DNA of 63,176 nt, counting the filler, from Octopus bimaculoides (Eukaryota), in assembly GCF_001194135.2 (NCBI RefSeq). It is 4 parts of 4 records of this genome, joined end to end, with 100 filler letters (N's around TTAATTAATTAA, not from the genome) between each part and the next. Parts side by side here need not be neighbours in the genome. Positions count along the whole stretch, not along the records: positions 25,932 to 42,941 come from NC_068988.1; 3 more parts are not named here. One strand, given 5' to 3'. The translations under genes were made by a program, and so were the position numbers. Shown piece by piece: positions 27,666-40,179 of the stretch (its first letter is position 1; each line of letters starts with the position of its first letter). Under the pieces are notes generated by a model that was given only the letters and a program-made list of their open reading frames with translations, made no database searches and was not told the DNA's origin.

Positions 27666-27666
<1 letters not shown>
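27531..27666 (-). mobile_element. Unclassified 136-bp insert flanked on both sides by (ATT)n; probable 3' end of a TAA-associated retroelement
   Basis: Complex sequence between pure ATT arrays at about 27460-27530 and 27667-27728. No ORF. Confidence 0.45.
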
Positions 27667-27728
<62 letters not shown>

Positions 27729-27730
27729 TT

Positions 27731-28022
27731 CTCTTTATCACAGGTTTTGTTGGAGCTCCTGGAGTCTTGCATGCGTAGCGGGCTTACAACCTGCAACCTA
27801 CAGTACCATGCTACCCATTCTTTTCAGCTATCTAATACCTCCCTGATTATTCTGGCCGTGCCAAGGTGGCAGACCTTTTTGTAACAGCTCTACTGGGCAC
27901 TCTATTCCAATTTCCTGTATATTCCTCTTGATGCTTTCTGATACTGTTCCCAAGGAACCAACAATAATTGGCACTATCTTCACCTTCTTCATTTTCCATA
28001 GCCGGGCTATTTCGTACTTAAG
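27731..28022 (-). mobile_element. R4/Dong-like non-LTR retrotransposon, 3' end (RLE C-terminus + 3' UTR)
   Basis: Manual translation with one frameshift: LKYEIARLWKMKKVKIVPIIVGSLGTVSESIKRNIQEIGIECPVELLQK.CHLGTARIIREVLDS*. Runs into (TAA)n. Confidence 0.85.
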
Positions 28023-28024
28023 AG

Positions 28025-28105
28025 TAAATTAAGTACCAGTCAAGTACTGAGGTCCATGTGATCGATTGTCCTCCTCCACACATGTGCCTATAGTAGAAAG
28101 AATTA
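28025..28105 (+). mobile_element. SINE family A, 3' half, followed by (ATT)(ATC)(GTC) arrays to about 28260
   Basis: taaattaagtaccagtcaagtactgaggtc...gtgcctatagtagaaagaattattatt. Confidence 0.75.
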
Positions 28106-28158
28106 TTATTATTATTGTTATTATTATTGACATCATCATTATCGTCGTCATCATCATC

Positions 28159-28203
<45 letters not shown>

Positions 28204-28329
28204 GTCGTCGTCGTCGTCGTCATCGTCGTCGTCGTCGTCGTCGTCATCATTGTTGTTGTTAGATAGATCACAAAGGCTAGATTTGTGATATAACAATACA
28301 TAGCTCAAGGACCATCTTTAAAACAAACA

Positions 28330-30600
28330 GAAGTTTCAAAGCAGTGTTAATCGAAATAGAACCGTTAAATATTGCAAGTTAGGCATTTGTATAACCCACC
28401 AAGCCGTAATCCATCACGATCGCCTGTCTACTCATATAATCTATTTCATATACTTATCGTTGTATGAAGAGAAGTTTATTCATAATAACAATTACACATT
28501 TTTACTATAAGACTATAAAGCACCAGCGTCTTTACATCTCTCTGAAACACAAAGTCTAAATGCTCCGAGTAGATGTTTTTCTTCGCTGAAAAACAAAACT
28601 CGTTTTGATACAGTTTTGGTCGTATTTAGGAGTAAAAGAAATGGTTAAGAGTACACGAATCTAATGCCTGATCAACATAAGCCCCTGGGTTACAGTAGTG
28701 AGTTGAGAAATTCTTCCTTAATAGTTGTAAATATATATCATCTTAAAACAGTTATATTTTTTTTATATCGGGCCCTTAGGTAATGCCTATTGCAAGATGA
28801 AAATAGGATTTGCTACTTTTATACCATAAAGCATTCGTGTGGGTTTCAATCAACAAACAAGAAGGATGTTAATGGCAGTGATTTCTGTGACTAACATCTT
28901 GTATTTCAATTTGATGGAATACACTTCTAAGACTGAATTCTGCCAAAAAGTCACTCTCAGCTTAATGAGTGAAAGGATATTTTATATCTGGACATGGATA
29001 AGAGTCCTATCAAATCTTGAGATAAACGATTACCTAGTAGTCGTTACAGATATATAATCTCTGTCTAGTTTTCTTCCTATAATCGTAAATGATATCCGCT
29101 TGCTACCTCCAGGTAGATTAGCAGTTTACGAGATCAAAATTTGACGAATTTAGAGTTTCAATTCTATACTGGTCTTAAATTTGTAAGTATAATGCATCTT
29201 CAACATCTTCGATACAATTAAGTCGATTAGTCTTATACAATCAATATGTAGTATATCAGTGAGAACATGGCCATTTGTGCCTCAGTTGGAAGTTATTTTG
29301 TTTCAAAGTCGATGAAATCTCAAATCGAATATCTATTTGTAAGATACCGAGGTTTTAACTATTGATGTATTAAACTGGTGATGTTGCAGATGGTTTTCTA
29401 GAAGTTTCGGTTGACCAATGCGTAGTGACAAACATTCCTTAGAATGAAAGTAATTTCACCACCGCTATCTATTTGCATATTATTCAGCTTAACTTGAAGT
29501 AAGATGGTCTTTTCTTAGCCTTGTAGTGTAAACACATTTATCTCCCTATCAGAACTTTCATAATCAATTTGTTCATTAATTAGTTCTACACATTTTAGAG
29601 CTGCAAGCCGATTGAAAGTGGTTCGGTTTGTCAATTTGCATATCTTTTTAAAAGCTGTACAATTGCTTTTAAAAAACGCATATTCATAATCAGAAAAATT
29701 TGCATTTTGAAAGCATCTTTTTGGTTACATGGCAGATATCAGCAATCTTAGGCTCTATTTTACAAGAAATATCGACTCTTTTTAAGCGTGATGTAATTTC
29801 CTGTTGCATGAACTTCACACATGCCTCATTGACTTATTTCCCAACTGCAACTTTTTCAACATCTTTGATCTACGAAATGTCTGTTCTCATTTGTATTATT
29901 TCTTCATCAATACTTTGGTCACCTTGACCAAACTTATAAAGCTAACAATATCGAGATCCCTTGAACAATTTCTTTTTAAGCCTTACATATAGACTCACAT
30001 ATCTTGTTAAAACACGTCCTCCAGTTGATTTAGAGAAACCACAAGCGACTGCTTCACTATTACCTCGCTTTCAGCTTTTAGTAAAAATATATCCGGGATC
30101 CTCTTCACGTTCATTACTAACTAGGCGCAGGAGTGGCTGTGTGGTTAGTAGCTTGCTTACCGACCACATGGCTCCGGGTTCAGTCCCACTGCGTGGCACC
30201 TTGAGCAAGTGTCTTCTACTATAGCTTTGGGCCAACCAAAGCCTTGTGAGTGGATTTTGTATGGTAGGCGGATACTGAAAGAAGTCCGTCGTATATATAT
30301 GTATGTATGTGTGTTTGTGTCTGTGTTTATTATTTACAGGATTGTAAAATACGGCTTGACAACCGATGCTGGCGTATTTACGTCCCCATCACTTAGCGGT
30401 TCGGCAAAAAAGAGACCGATAGAATAAGTCCTGGGGTCGACTTTCTCGACTAAAGGCGGTGCTCCAGCATGGCCGCAGTCAAATGACTGAAACAAGTAAA
30501 AGGGTAAAAAAGGGGTAACTTCCTATCTCTTTGTTTCCATGATGACTGCTAAACCTCTTAACCCTACTTCAACAAAGTCAAAATTAGTATCAGTTCGGAT
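28330..30600 (-). mobile_element. Highly decayed Gypsy LTR retrotransposon gag-protease-RT, interrupted by a SINE B
   Basis: Manual translation: protease MQIDSGGEITFI (DSG at 29461-29469); RT motifs FLAEFSLRSVFHQIEI and TRMLYGIKVA (28817-28837); F*DDIY near 28740; many stops and frameshifts. No LTRs recognised. Confidence 0.8.
30123..30511 (+). mobile_element. SINE family B, full length, nested in the Gypsy relic
   Basis: aggcgcaggagtggctgtgtggtt...gggttcagtccc...accttgagcaagt...ggccgcagtcaaatgactgaaacaagtaaaag. Confidence 0.92.
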
Positions 30601-30994
30601 TTTAGTTCTCCACGCTATTTACTATGATATACATAATTCATAAAGATGAGATTATAGATATAAAAATAAGTAATTTAACAAGAAGCATTCATAAAACGTA
30701 GAAATATCGATACGTAAGTGAAGATTCGGTATACTATATACAAAATATTCTCTTTAACTATTGCAAATTAAGGAGCACTACGTTGCATCAAGGCGTTGAC
30801 CTTTTTGGCTTCCGGATTGCCTACTGCTAATTGTGTTTTAAGTGTTCTATTTCTATGCCTGATATCTTTTTTTAATTTTGAGGAAAGATCTTCTTTAATT
30901 AATTTGTTCACTGGGTTACAAATCGAGGTTCAGTTGAGAGTTATTTTCTTTCTACATATCAAAAGTAGATACTGTGAAAGTTTGTGTGTGTAAT

Positions 30995-31500
30995 ATACTT
31001 CTTCTTGCCTTTAACCCTACAACGCGGAATATAGGCCACTTACAATTGAATTCCATGTCGCATAATTTTTCGCTTCTGTACTTATACTCTGCCATGAATG
31101 TCCCCCTTTCTCTAGTTCCTTTTGTGTTGATCTACGCCACGAGTTCTTAGGCCTACCCTTCTTTCTATATCCATCCGGATTCCACTGTAAAGCACTTTTC
31201 GCTACATTTGGTGTGACTTTTCTAATTGTGCTACCAATCCATTTCCACTTTTTCTTAAATATTTACTCCCTAATCGAAACTTGATTTGTTCTTTGCCATA
31301 GCTCCATATTGCTTTTGTACTCGGGCCATCTAATTTTAAGTATACTACGCAAGCACCTGTGTAATATACATAAAATTCAAAATACGCATTCCTCTTCAAA
31401 CTTTGCAGCGAATACTAAGTGTTTGATTTGTATTGTTAATTGTTTTTTTGCGTGGTTCATTGAGTCTGCTTGGTGGTGTCTTATCGCCGACCACTATGAA
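30995..31500 (-). mobile_element. RTE-clade LINE, 3' fragment
   Basis: Manual translation: KKKWKWIGSTIRKVTPNVAKSALQWNPDGYRKKGRPKNSWRRSTQKELE..GHSWQSISTEAKNYATWNSIVSGL, the typical RTE C-terminal WxPxGxRxRGRP motif. Confidence 0.85.
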
Positions 31501-31725
31501 CATTTGAAATACATTACTTATTAAAAGATAAAAAAGAAAAAGAACATTGAAATTCTACTGTCTGGTGGATTGGCAGATAGGATTAACTGCGTTGCACTGG
31601 ATAGTTATATCTGTTTACATTCTTTGTAATAAATCTTCTGAGGTCATCTTTAACATCTATCCTATTGTTATTGATAAAACCACTATCAACAATACATTAG
31701 TAGCCTTTTCAATAGTACGAATCCT

Positions 31726-31930
31726 AAGGCGGCGAGCAGAAACGCCGGGCGAAATGCTTAGCGGTATTTCGTCAGTCTTTATGTTCTGAGTTCAAATTCC
31801 GCAGAGGTCGACTTTGCCTTTCATCTTTTTCGGGGTCGATAAATTAAGTACCAGTTGCATACTGAGGTCGATTTAATTGACTGGCCCCCTCCCCCAAAAT
31901 TTCGGGCCTTGTGCCTAGAGTAGAAAAGAA
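31726..31930 (+). mobile_element. SINE family A, near-consensus copy
   Basis: aaggcggcgagc...acgccgggcgaaatgcttagcgg...gaggtcgactttgcctttcatc...ggggtcgataaattaagtaccag...gtgcctagagtagaaaagaa. Confidence 0.92.
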
Positions 31931-32227
31931 CTGTATGAATCCTTATCGTGTATATTTATGACATTGTATTGATATAAGAAGCCATAATTATTACGAAACC
32001 CTCATTGTCTGCATTTAATTTTAAGATCTGATTTTTCCCTGAAACGAAAATACTATATGAAACAAACTGTTTGGCTGTTGAGCCCCAGGCAGGTCGGGTC
32101 TGATCAGGTAGGATTATGATCATAGGATTTCTAGCTATGACCATTCCATCTGTTCAAAAACTGTGACATGTCATTGGAAGATGATTTAATTGTTATGGTA
32201 GAATATAATTTTAATTTTTTTTTTATA

Positions 32228-32642
32228 TTTCTTTTGTTTCAGTTATTGGACTGCGGCCATGCTGGAGGAACTGTTTTGAAGGGTTTAGTCGGACAAATCG
32301 ACCCCATTACTTATTTTTAAAAAATTGGTGCTTACTCTGTCGGCCCTCTTGCTGAACCACTACGTTCGGGGGACGTAAACAAACCAATACCGGTTGTCAA
32401 GCGATGGGGTTGGGAGTAACAAACACTGAAACAAAGACACACACGCACGCACACACACACACCCATACACATATACGATGGGTTTCCACCCAGTTTCCGC
32501 CAACCATATTCATTTACAAGACATTTGTCGGTCCAGTTCTATAGTCGAAGATTTTTGCTCGAGTTGCCGCGCAATGGTTCTGTATCCGAAACCACATGGC
32601 TGCAAAGCGATTTTCTTGACCACACAGACATGCTAGCACCTA
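32228..32642 (-). mobile_element. SINE family B, diverged
   Basis: Reverse-strand tail ttgtttcagtta..ctgcggccatgctggag, internal (CA)n, head ending cacacagacatgctagcaccta. Confidence 0.75.
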
Positions 32643-33127
32643 TATAATTTTTTTTGTAAAAGAACCTTGTTAGGTCGCTAGAAGTGCAGATCTATTACAG
32701 GGGCTATAACCCCCAAACTATTTGCGAGTGCCATCAGACTGTGCTACAGCTCAATTTTGCCACCCAGCAAAGACAACCGCTTCAACATTTCACATTAGGA
32801 AGAATCATCTTCTAACATCTTTTACTGGACCCATAATAAACAATATAGCCCCAAGCCTATGAATGGATCGTTGTCCCATGTAATGCTACAGTAATGGCTA
32901 CCACATATGCTTTATAGGCTGTCATGTTTGCTTTAGCAATCGACACTTATTGTTGCTATAGTAACTTTGGTTTCTCTGGTTACTATGACACTAAATGCAA
33001 TATACTGGCTTCTCTGGCGTCTCATTGCCATCTCTCGCTTGGCATATGAATAATTTATGAGTTGGTTAAAGAACTGAAGCGAGTTATATGTCGGACGACC
33101 GTCACATACACTATGTATGTATGTATG

Positions 33128-33158
<31 letters not shown>

Positions 33159-34359
33159 GTTTGAATGAGTGTATGTGTGTATGTATATATATATGTGTGT
33201 GTATGTATGTGTGTATGCATGCCTGTATGTGTATGTATACATGTGTGCATATATGTTTGTATATATGTATGTACATTTGCATACATGTATGTATGTATAT
33301 ATGTATGTATATATGCATGCATGTATGAATGTTTCTGTGTGTATGCATGTATGCGTGTATGTTTGTGCATGTATGTATATATATATGTATGTATGTATGT
33401 ATGTATTATGTATATATGTATGTATATGTGTGTGTGTTTGTATAAGTGTGTGTGTGTTTAAGTGTGCGAATGTATGCGCATATATGTGCGCGCGCGCACG
33501 TGTGTGCGTGTGTGTGTGTGCGAGTGTGTGTATTTTGGAGGGGATGATGGAAGTGTTTCGTGATAATCGATTCTGTCTTTAATTCTAGGAAATCCATTCC
33601 ATAGGATGCATTTCACGTAAGAATCTTTCTCCACCATCACCCCCATCCCTACCATTACCAATCACCACCTTCTTCTCCATCGGCGCCACCATCAGCGGCG
33701 CGGCCAACAGCATCACTGACTCCACCACCGTCTCCGTCACTAATCGCTCCCTTCTAACTTCACAACGTCTTCAGTTATCACCACTGCTGCTTACAACAGC
33801 AACTAGCATGAGTTAACAAAAGGATCACTATATGGTATTCCGATTTGCTAGAACTAGCAGCCAAAAACTCACTCGAATCTCATTACACCGTCTTAGGAAA
33901 AGGAAAGGAAAATTTAGATACTGTAGCCCGAGCTATTCATTCCGAAAATTCTGGGACGGTCACGGTTGGAATGTCTCTGACCTTAGGTCAACTATATCAA
34001 GTTTGTTACACGGTAAGTAACAACGATAACAACAGCTGCTGATGCTACAGGGTGGGGCAGAGAGAGTGGGACGTTTTTGAAATGGCTATTATTCAGTCTC
34101 AGGAGGAGGGGCATATGTCCAACAGGTACCATTCGGTCAGTGGTGTCCTAGCAGGTGAAGCCTTGGCGCTGTGTACGATATAACCGGGCCGGAAACCCAC
34201 GCCGCTACCTCTTATCTGGCCATTGAAAAATTCTATGAAAATGGCTATTAAACAAAGGGAAATTGTCACATATTTTACAGATAAATTCCTCTATTTACAT
34301 AATATCGAGCTCTCTTTCTTTCTTTTGTTGTCTTTTCTATCAATATATATATATATATA

Positions 34360-34535
34360 CCATTTTCCTCTTTCTCCGTTTTCCAATTCTCCGAACTTTC
34401 CATCTTTCCGACGAAGGGCTACGCCCGAAACGTCATACACTCTCTCTTTCCTTTCCCGAGCGTCCAATAACACTATCCGTATCACGTCCTCACTTTGTTG
34501 TTTTTTTGTTATTGTTTTTTTGTGTGTTTTTGAAC
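34360..34535 (+). mobile_element. Small pyrimidine-rich repeat (Penelope pLTR/retrozyme-like) with a hammerhead core
   Basis: CCGACGA-A-GGGC-tac-GCCC-GAAACGTC at 34408-34434. Homologous to 47650-47818. Confidence 0.6.
34403..34439 (+). ncRNA. Minimal type I hammerhead ribozyme motif, probably inactive (U4->C, weak helix I)
   Basis: Core boxes C(U>C)GANGA and GAAA, 4-bp helix II, palindromic ACGU helix III, GUC cleavage triplet. Confidence 0.5.
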
Positions 34536-34658
34536 NNNNNNNNNNNNNNNNNNNNNNNNNNNNNNNNNNNNNNNNNNAATTATGGAGCTGAGTGAAACTT
34601 AAATTAAATCAATATTTGTAATTCCCACCTAATGTGTTTGGTGCCATTTTCTTTCGTG

Positions 34659-34705
<47 letters not shown>

Positions 34706-36195
34706 GTCTGTCTGTCTGTCTGCCTGCCTGTCTGTCTATTTACACACACACGCAAACACATACACACACACAAGCACGCACACACACATACTGTATTTTT
34801 GAGATGATGCTCGTCAAATGATGGCTATCGACGGGAATATTGTGTGGCTACTCCGAGTACCATCTGGTAATGTTGCATAGGTAAAGTAATTATAATCTTA
34901 TTTCATTATAATTTTCATTGTGCTTATACAAAATAATGAAATGATGACTAATTTTTAAAAGACAAATGTTTATTATAACAAGATAAATTTCGAATATAGC
35001 AAATATACTTTTGTAATTTTGGTGCATGGCTAACAAGTTTAAAGGTAGGGCACCAGTATTTGACTGCTACGTTATTTTATCGATCACGGAGTGATGGAAG
35101 CAAAGTTGTCCTCGGTCGGATTTGAACTGGTAACGTACTTATGTCATTGAAGGTAATATCAAATAATATTGCGAAGCTACAAATAATAATAATGTTAGTT
35201 CTTTTCAAATTTTACGGTGTTTATACAAAACAATGGAATTAATCTAATTTTGAAAATAAAAATATTTGTTAAACTTAAAATAAGATTACATAAAACAAAT
35301 TTCTCATTTGTATATTTGCAATAAATATATGTTTTCAATCTAAAGAATACTGTTTACCTATCAATTACAATAATGCCGAAATACACTGATAATGGAGGTG
35401 GCGAAAATATTTTACAAAAAATTACAAAATTTCTACTTTAGCCATATTTTCATTATATAGGATAAACATCAATTTGATAGACATTGAAGACATCAGATAT
35501 TTTCACCAACAATTTCAATACAATTCTTTACTTCTTTGTTCCTCTTTTACGTCTAAATCTTAGTGAAATTGTTGAGAAAATTGCAGATTGAAACTTCTAG
35601 ATCACTGATGTTTGTGTAAAATCTTCAATTTATATGAAATTGTCATTTTCAATGTTATAAATTACAATAAACCAATGAAAATAATGATTATGAACGTTAT
35701 TTTAGTTAACGATTCTAAAATGAATATTTGCACAATAAATATTCCATGTACAAATTTTACTTCAGAAGTTCATTTTCAATATTTTGATACAACAAAAGTC
35801 AGTATTTGTGTTTCAGTGTCAAGTGCAATTACTGCTAGGTATTTGTTAACTTTCTCTTCAAGGGAAGATAATTCCAATAAATCCCGAATTTATCTTGTAA
35901 GGTATTCATGACACCTTTGTTATCAAAATTCTTGTCATCGGACAGTTTAAGTTACTTCTCTTCGCCCATTTTCTTTAAACATATACGTACGCGCGCGCAC
36001 ACACGTACATACACTTTATATGCTTTACTAAATACACGATAATATTATAAATGTTCAAGTTATATCTGTTTAATATTATATTTTCCATATCTTCTCATTA
36101 GATATCTACAGTTGGTTTGGAACAACAGAGTGCCTAAATCCATATCCGACGTTTCTAGACGTTCACAATCTCATTAGCAAGAATTGAACTGAATA

Positions 36196-36465
36196 AGGTG
36201 GTGAGCTGGCAGAGACGTTAGCACGTCAGGCGAAATGCTTAGCGGTATTTGGTCTGCCGTTACGTTCTGAGTTCAAATTCCGCCGAGGTCGACTTTGCAT
36301 TTCATCCTTACGCACTGGGGTCGATGTAATCGACTTAATCCGTTTGTCTGTCCTTGTTTGTCCCCTCTATGTTTAGCCCCTTGTGGGCAATAAAGAAATA
36401 AGGAACGTTAGCACGCCGGGCGAAATGCTTCGCGGTATTTCGTCTGCCGCTACGTTCAGAGGTCA
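36196..36465 (+). mobile_element. Dimeric SINE A subfamily copy with a perfect 17-bp TSD; 3'-truncated
   Basis: aagaattgaactgaata at 36179-36195 and 36466-36482. Order is head, shortened core, 60-bp linker, second head cut at its B box. Confidence 0.88.
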
Positions 36466-36995
36466 AAGAATTGAACTGAATATATTTGGCGTTTGTTGTA
36501 TTTCTTATATACCGATTGAATTTGTGTAGACTTTCCCGCTAAAGGTTTATTGACCTTAGGTATTAGTAGTCTCGTATTGATTTGTTTGTGGTCAAATTTT
36601 AGCTGTAACGACTTCGTTTTTTATTCAGTATATACATATACGTACACGCGCGCGCACGCACGCGCACACACAGACACACACACACACACACACATTCACA
36701 CTCACACATACAAACACACATACATATATATAAATATTGTTTATAGCCACTTTAATATGGGTGTCCTCTAAAAGACGATGATACTGCCATTTAACCCCAG
36801 GAAGACATCTCCTCGAGCCTGTTTATTCAACGCGCTTCTCGCGCTTGATATTTATTGCAAGCAGGAGATAACTCCTGCCACCCTAGCTCTGAGATCGCTA
36901 GACCATGTGGTTTCGGTTTGTATTGGATCTCCTCGGTGGCGGGTACACATTTGTCAGGCACGGCAACAGTTTAAACTCGCACGCAATATATAGAA

Positions 36996-37074
<79 letters not shown>

Positions 37075-38452
37075 AATTAAATGTATATATANNNNNNNNN
37101 NNNNNNNNNNNNNNNNNNNNNNNNNNNNNNNNNNNNNNNNNNNNNNNNNNNNNNNNNNNNNNNNNNNNNNNNNNNNNNNNNNNNNNNNNNNNNNNNNNNN
37201 NNNNNNNNNNNNNNNNNNNNNNNNNNNNNNNNNNNNNNNNNNNNNNNNNNNNNNNNNNNNNNNNNNNNNNNNNNNNNNNNNNNNNNNNNNNNNNNNNNNN
37301 NNNNNNNNNNNNNNNNNNNNNNNNNNNNNNNNNNNNNNNNNNNNNNNNNNNNNNNNNNNNNNNNNNNNNNNNNNNNNNNNNNNNNNNNNNNNNNNNNNNN
37401 NNNNNNNNNNNNNNNNNNNNNNNNNNNNNNNNNNNNNNNNNNNNNNNNNNNNNNNNNNNNNNNNNNNNNNNNNNNNNNNNNNNNNNNNNNNNNNNNNNNN
37501 NNNNNNNNNNNNNNNNNNNNNNNNNNNNNNNNNNNNNNNNNNNNNNNNNNNNNNNNNNNNNNNNNNNNNNNNNNNNNNNNNNNNNNNNNNNNNNNNNNNN
37601 NNNNNNNNNNNNNNNNNNNNNNNNNNNNNNNNNNNNNNNNNNNNNNNNNNNNNNNNNNNNNNNNNNNNNNNNNNNNNNNNNNNNNNNNNNNNNNNNNNNN
37701 NNNNNNNNNNNNNNNNNNNNNNNNNNNNNNNNNNNNNNNNNNNNNNNNNNNNNNNNNNNNNNNNNNNNNNNNNNNNNNNNNNNNNNNNNNNNNNNNNNNN
37801 NNNNNNNNNNNNNNNNNNNNNNNNNNNNNNNNNNNNNNNNNNNNNNNNNNNNNNNNNNNNNNNNNNNNNNNNNNNNNNNNNNNNNNNNNNNNNNNNNAAA
37901 AATACAAGAATACTTATTTCTACAAACGTAGAAATGAAAATAAAAATATGAATGAAAAAATTATGAATGAAAAAATTAAGAATGAAAAAAATTATTAATA
38001 ATAAACGATTAAACTTTATATATACTAAGTTTTAATAAAAAAACCCTTTAACGATAATATAAACAATAAAGACTAATTATTAATCAAATATTATTAATCA
38101 AAAATAATCGAAAATATATCAACACTATTCAAAACGAAGTCTTATATTATGTTGAAATGATACTCTAACTTCTAAATAATTTAGTGTTAAATAAGTTATC
38201 TATTAAAAATAATCTTTAAAAAAACCAAATGAATAATAATATAAAAAACAAGGATACATATTATTTTCAAATATTAGGAAATCATTTAGCAAAGTAAAAA
38301 TAGAACTTATCCATATTTTTCCGTTGAATAGCCATACACAAATACACACGCATGCATACGCTCACGTGGGGTATACGGAAGCGTACGCTCATGCGCACTT
38401 TCACTGGCGTGAAGACATATGTATAAGTGCGTATGTGGGTTGTAAGAGTGTC

Positions 38453-38500
<48 letters not shown>

Positions 38501-39635
38501 GGGAGAGGTAGAGGAGATAAATCTACATGCTACTCGTGTCCTATGGTAATGTGGCACAACCATTAATTTCCCCCCGAACTCCTCTCCTTCTCCTCCTCCT
38601 CATTAGTTTCGTAATCCTCTTCTCTTCCTTCTCTCACCGACTTCACCCTTTTTCAAATCTCTCTTTATACATCGCTCTGTCTCCTCCACAAACTCTCTCA
38701 CCCTTTTCACCCGCTTCCAAAAAGCCCCTACTTTCCCCCTTTCTCGTTACGGTCTTCTTTCTCCCATTGAGACTATGAAAAAAAACAACAAAAAAAAAAG
38801 AAACACTCCTATCAATGCCATNNNNNNNNNNNNNNNNNNNNNNNNNNNNNNNNNNNNNNNNNNNNNNNNNNNNNNNNNNNNNNNNNNNNNNNNNNNNNNN
38901 NNNNNNNNNNNNNNNNNNNNNNNNNNNNNNNNNNNNNNNNNNNNNNNNNNNNNNNNNNNNNNNNNNNNNNNNNNNNNNNNNNNNNNNNNNNNNNNNNNNN
39001 NNNNNNNNNNNNNNNNNNNNNNNNNNNNNNNNNNNNNNNNNNNNNNNNNNNNNNNNNNNNNNNNNNNNNNNNNNNNNNNNNNNNNNNNNNNNNNNNNNNN
39101 NNNNNNNNNNNNNNNNNNNNNNNNNNNNNNNNNNNNNNNNNNNNNNNNNNNNNNNNNNNNNNNNNNNNNNNNNNNNNNNNNNNNNNNNNNNNNNNNNNNN
39201 NNNNNNNNNNNNNNNNNNNNNNNNNNNNNNNNNNNNNNNNNNNNNNNNNNNNNNNNNNNNNNNNNNNNNNNNNNNNNNNNNNNNNNNNNNNNNNNNNNNN
39301 NNNNNNNNNNNNNNNNNNNNNNNNNNNNNNNNNNNNNNNNNNNNNNNNNNNNNNNNNNNNNNNNNNNNNNNNNNNNNNNNNNNNNNNNNNNNNNNNNNNN
39401 NNNNNNNNNNNNNNNNNNNNNNNNNNNNNNNNNNNNNNNNNNNNNNNNNNNNNNNNNNNNNNNNNNNNNNNNNNNNNNNNNNNNNNNNNNNNNNNNNNNN
39501 NNNNNNNNNNNNNNNNNNNNNNNNNNNNNNNNNNNNNNNNNNNNNNNNNNNNNNNNNNNNNNNNNNNNNNNNNNNNNNNNNNNNNNNNNNNNNNNNNNNN
39601 NNNNNNNNNNNNNNNNNNNNNNNNNNNNNNNNNNN

Positions 39636-39687
<52 letters not shown>

Positions 39688-39944
39688 AGTGAGAGAAAGA
39701 GGGAGAGAGAGAGAGGTGAGGAAACAAAGAAGGATATCGGGAGAAAAAAAGAAAAAACTCTTCGATCTTGCTAAATATAACCAATTCCGTCAAACTTTTA
39801 TTTTAATCGATTCGAGCAAAGAACCCTCACGTAGTCACCAACCTGCTAGAAATAGAAACCACATCCCTCCCAAAATATACCATGCTCCAATGCTATCTCT
39901 TAATAAAGAAAGAATATATTAATATTTAATATATCAAAGCATAA

Positions 39945-40160
39945 AGGCGGCGAGCTGGCAGAATCGTTAGCACGTCGGGTGAAATGCTCAACGGTATTGC
40001 GTCTGTCTTTGTTTTCTCAGTTCAAATTACGCCTGGGTCGACTTCGCCTTTCATCCTATTGTGATCGATAAATTAAGTACCATTTGCGTACTGGGGTCGA
40101 TTTAATCGATTGGCCCCCTTCCCCCAAAATTTTGGGCCTTGTGTCTAGAGTAGAAAAGAA
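39945..40160 (+). mobile_element. SINE family A, full length
   Basis: aggcggcgagctggcagaatcgttagcacg...gtgtctagagtagaaaagaa. Confidence 0.92.
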
Positions 40161-40179
40161 CATATTAAAAGATTAGTCC

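Noticed and set aside
35180-35930. AT-rich block with faint 7TM/GPCR-like or transposase-like stretches
   Set aside because: Multiple stops in every frame and no unambiguous motif. AT-rich DNA yields hydrophobic peptides by chance.
37898-38300. Very AT-rich tract with a 15-bp triplicate (tgaatgaaaaaatta); considered as a NUMT or control region
   Set aside because: No mitochondrial tRNA, rRNA or protein motif recognised.
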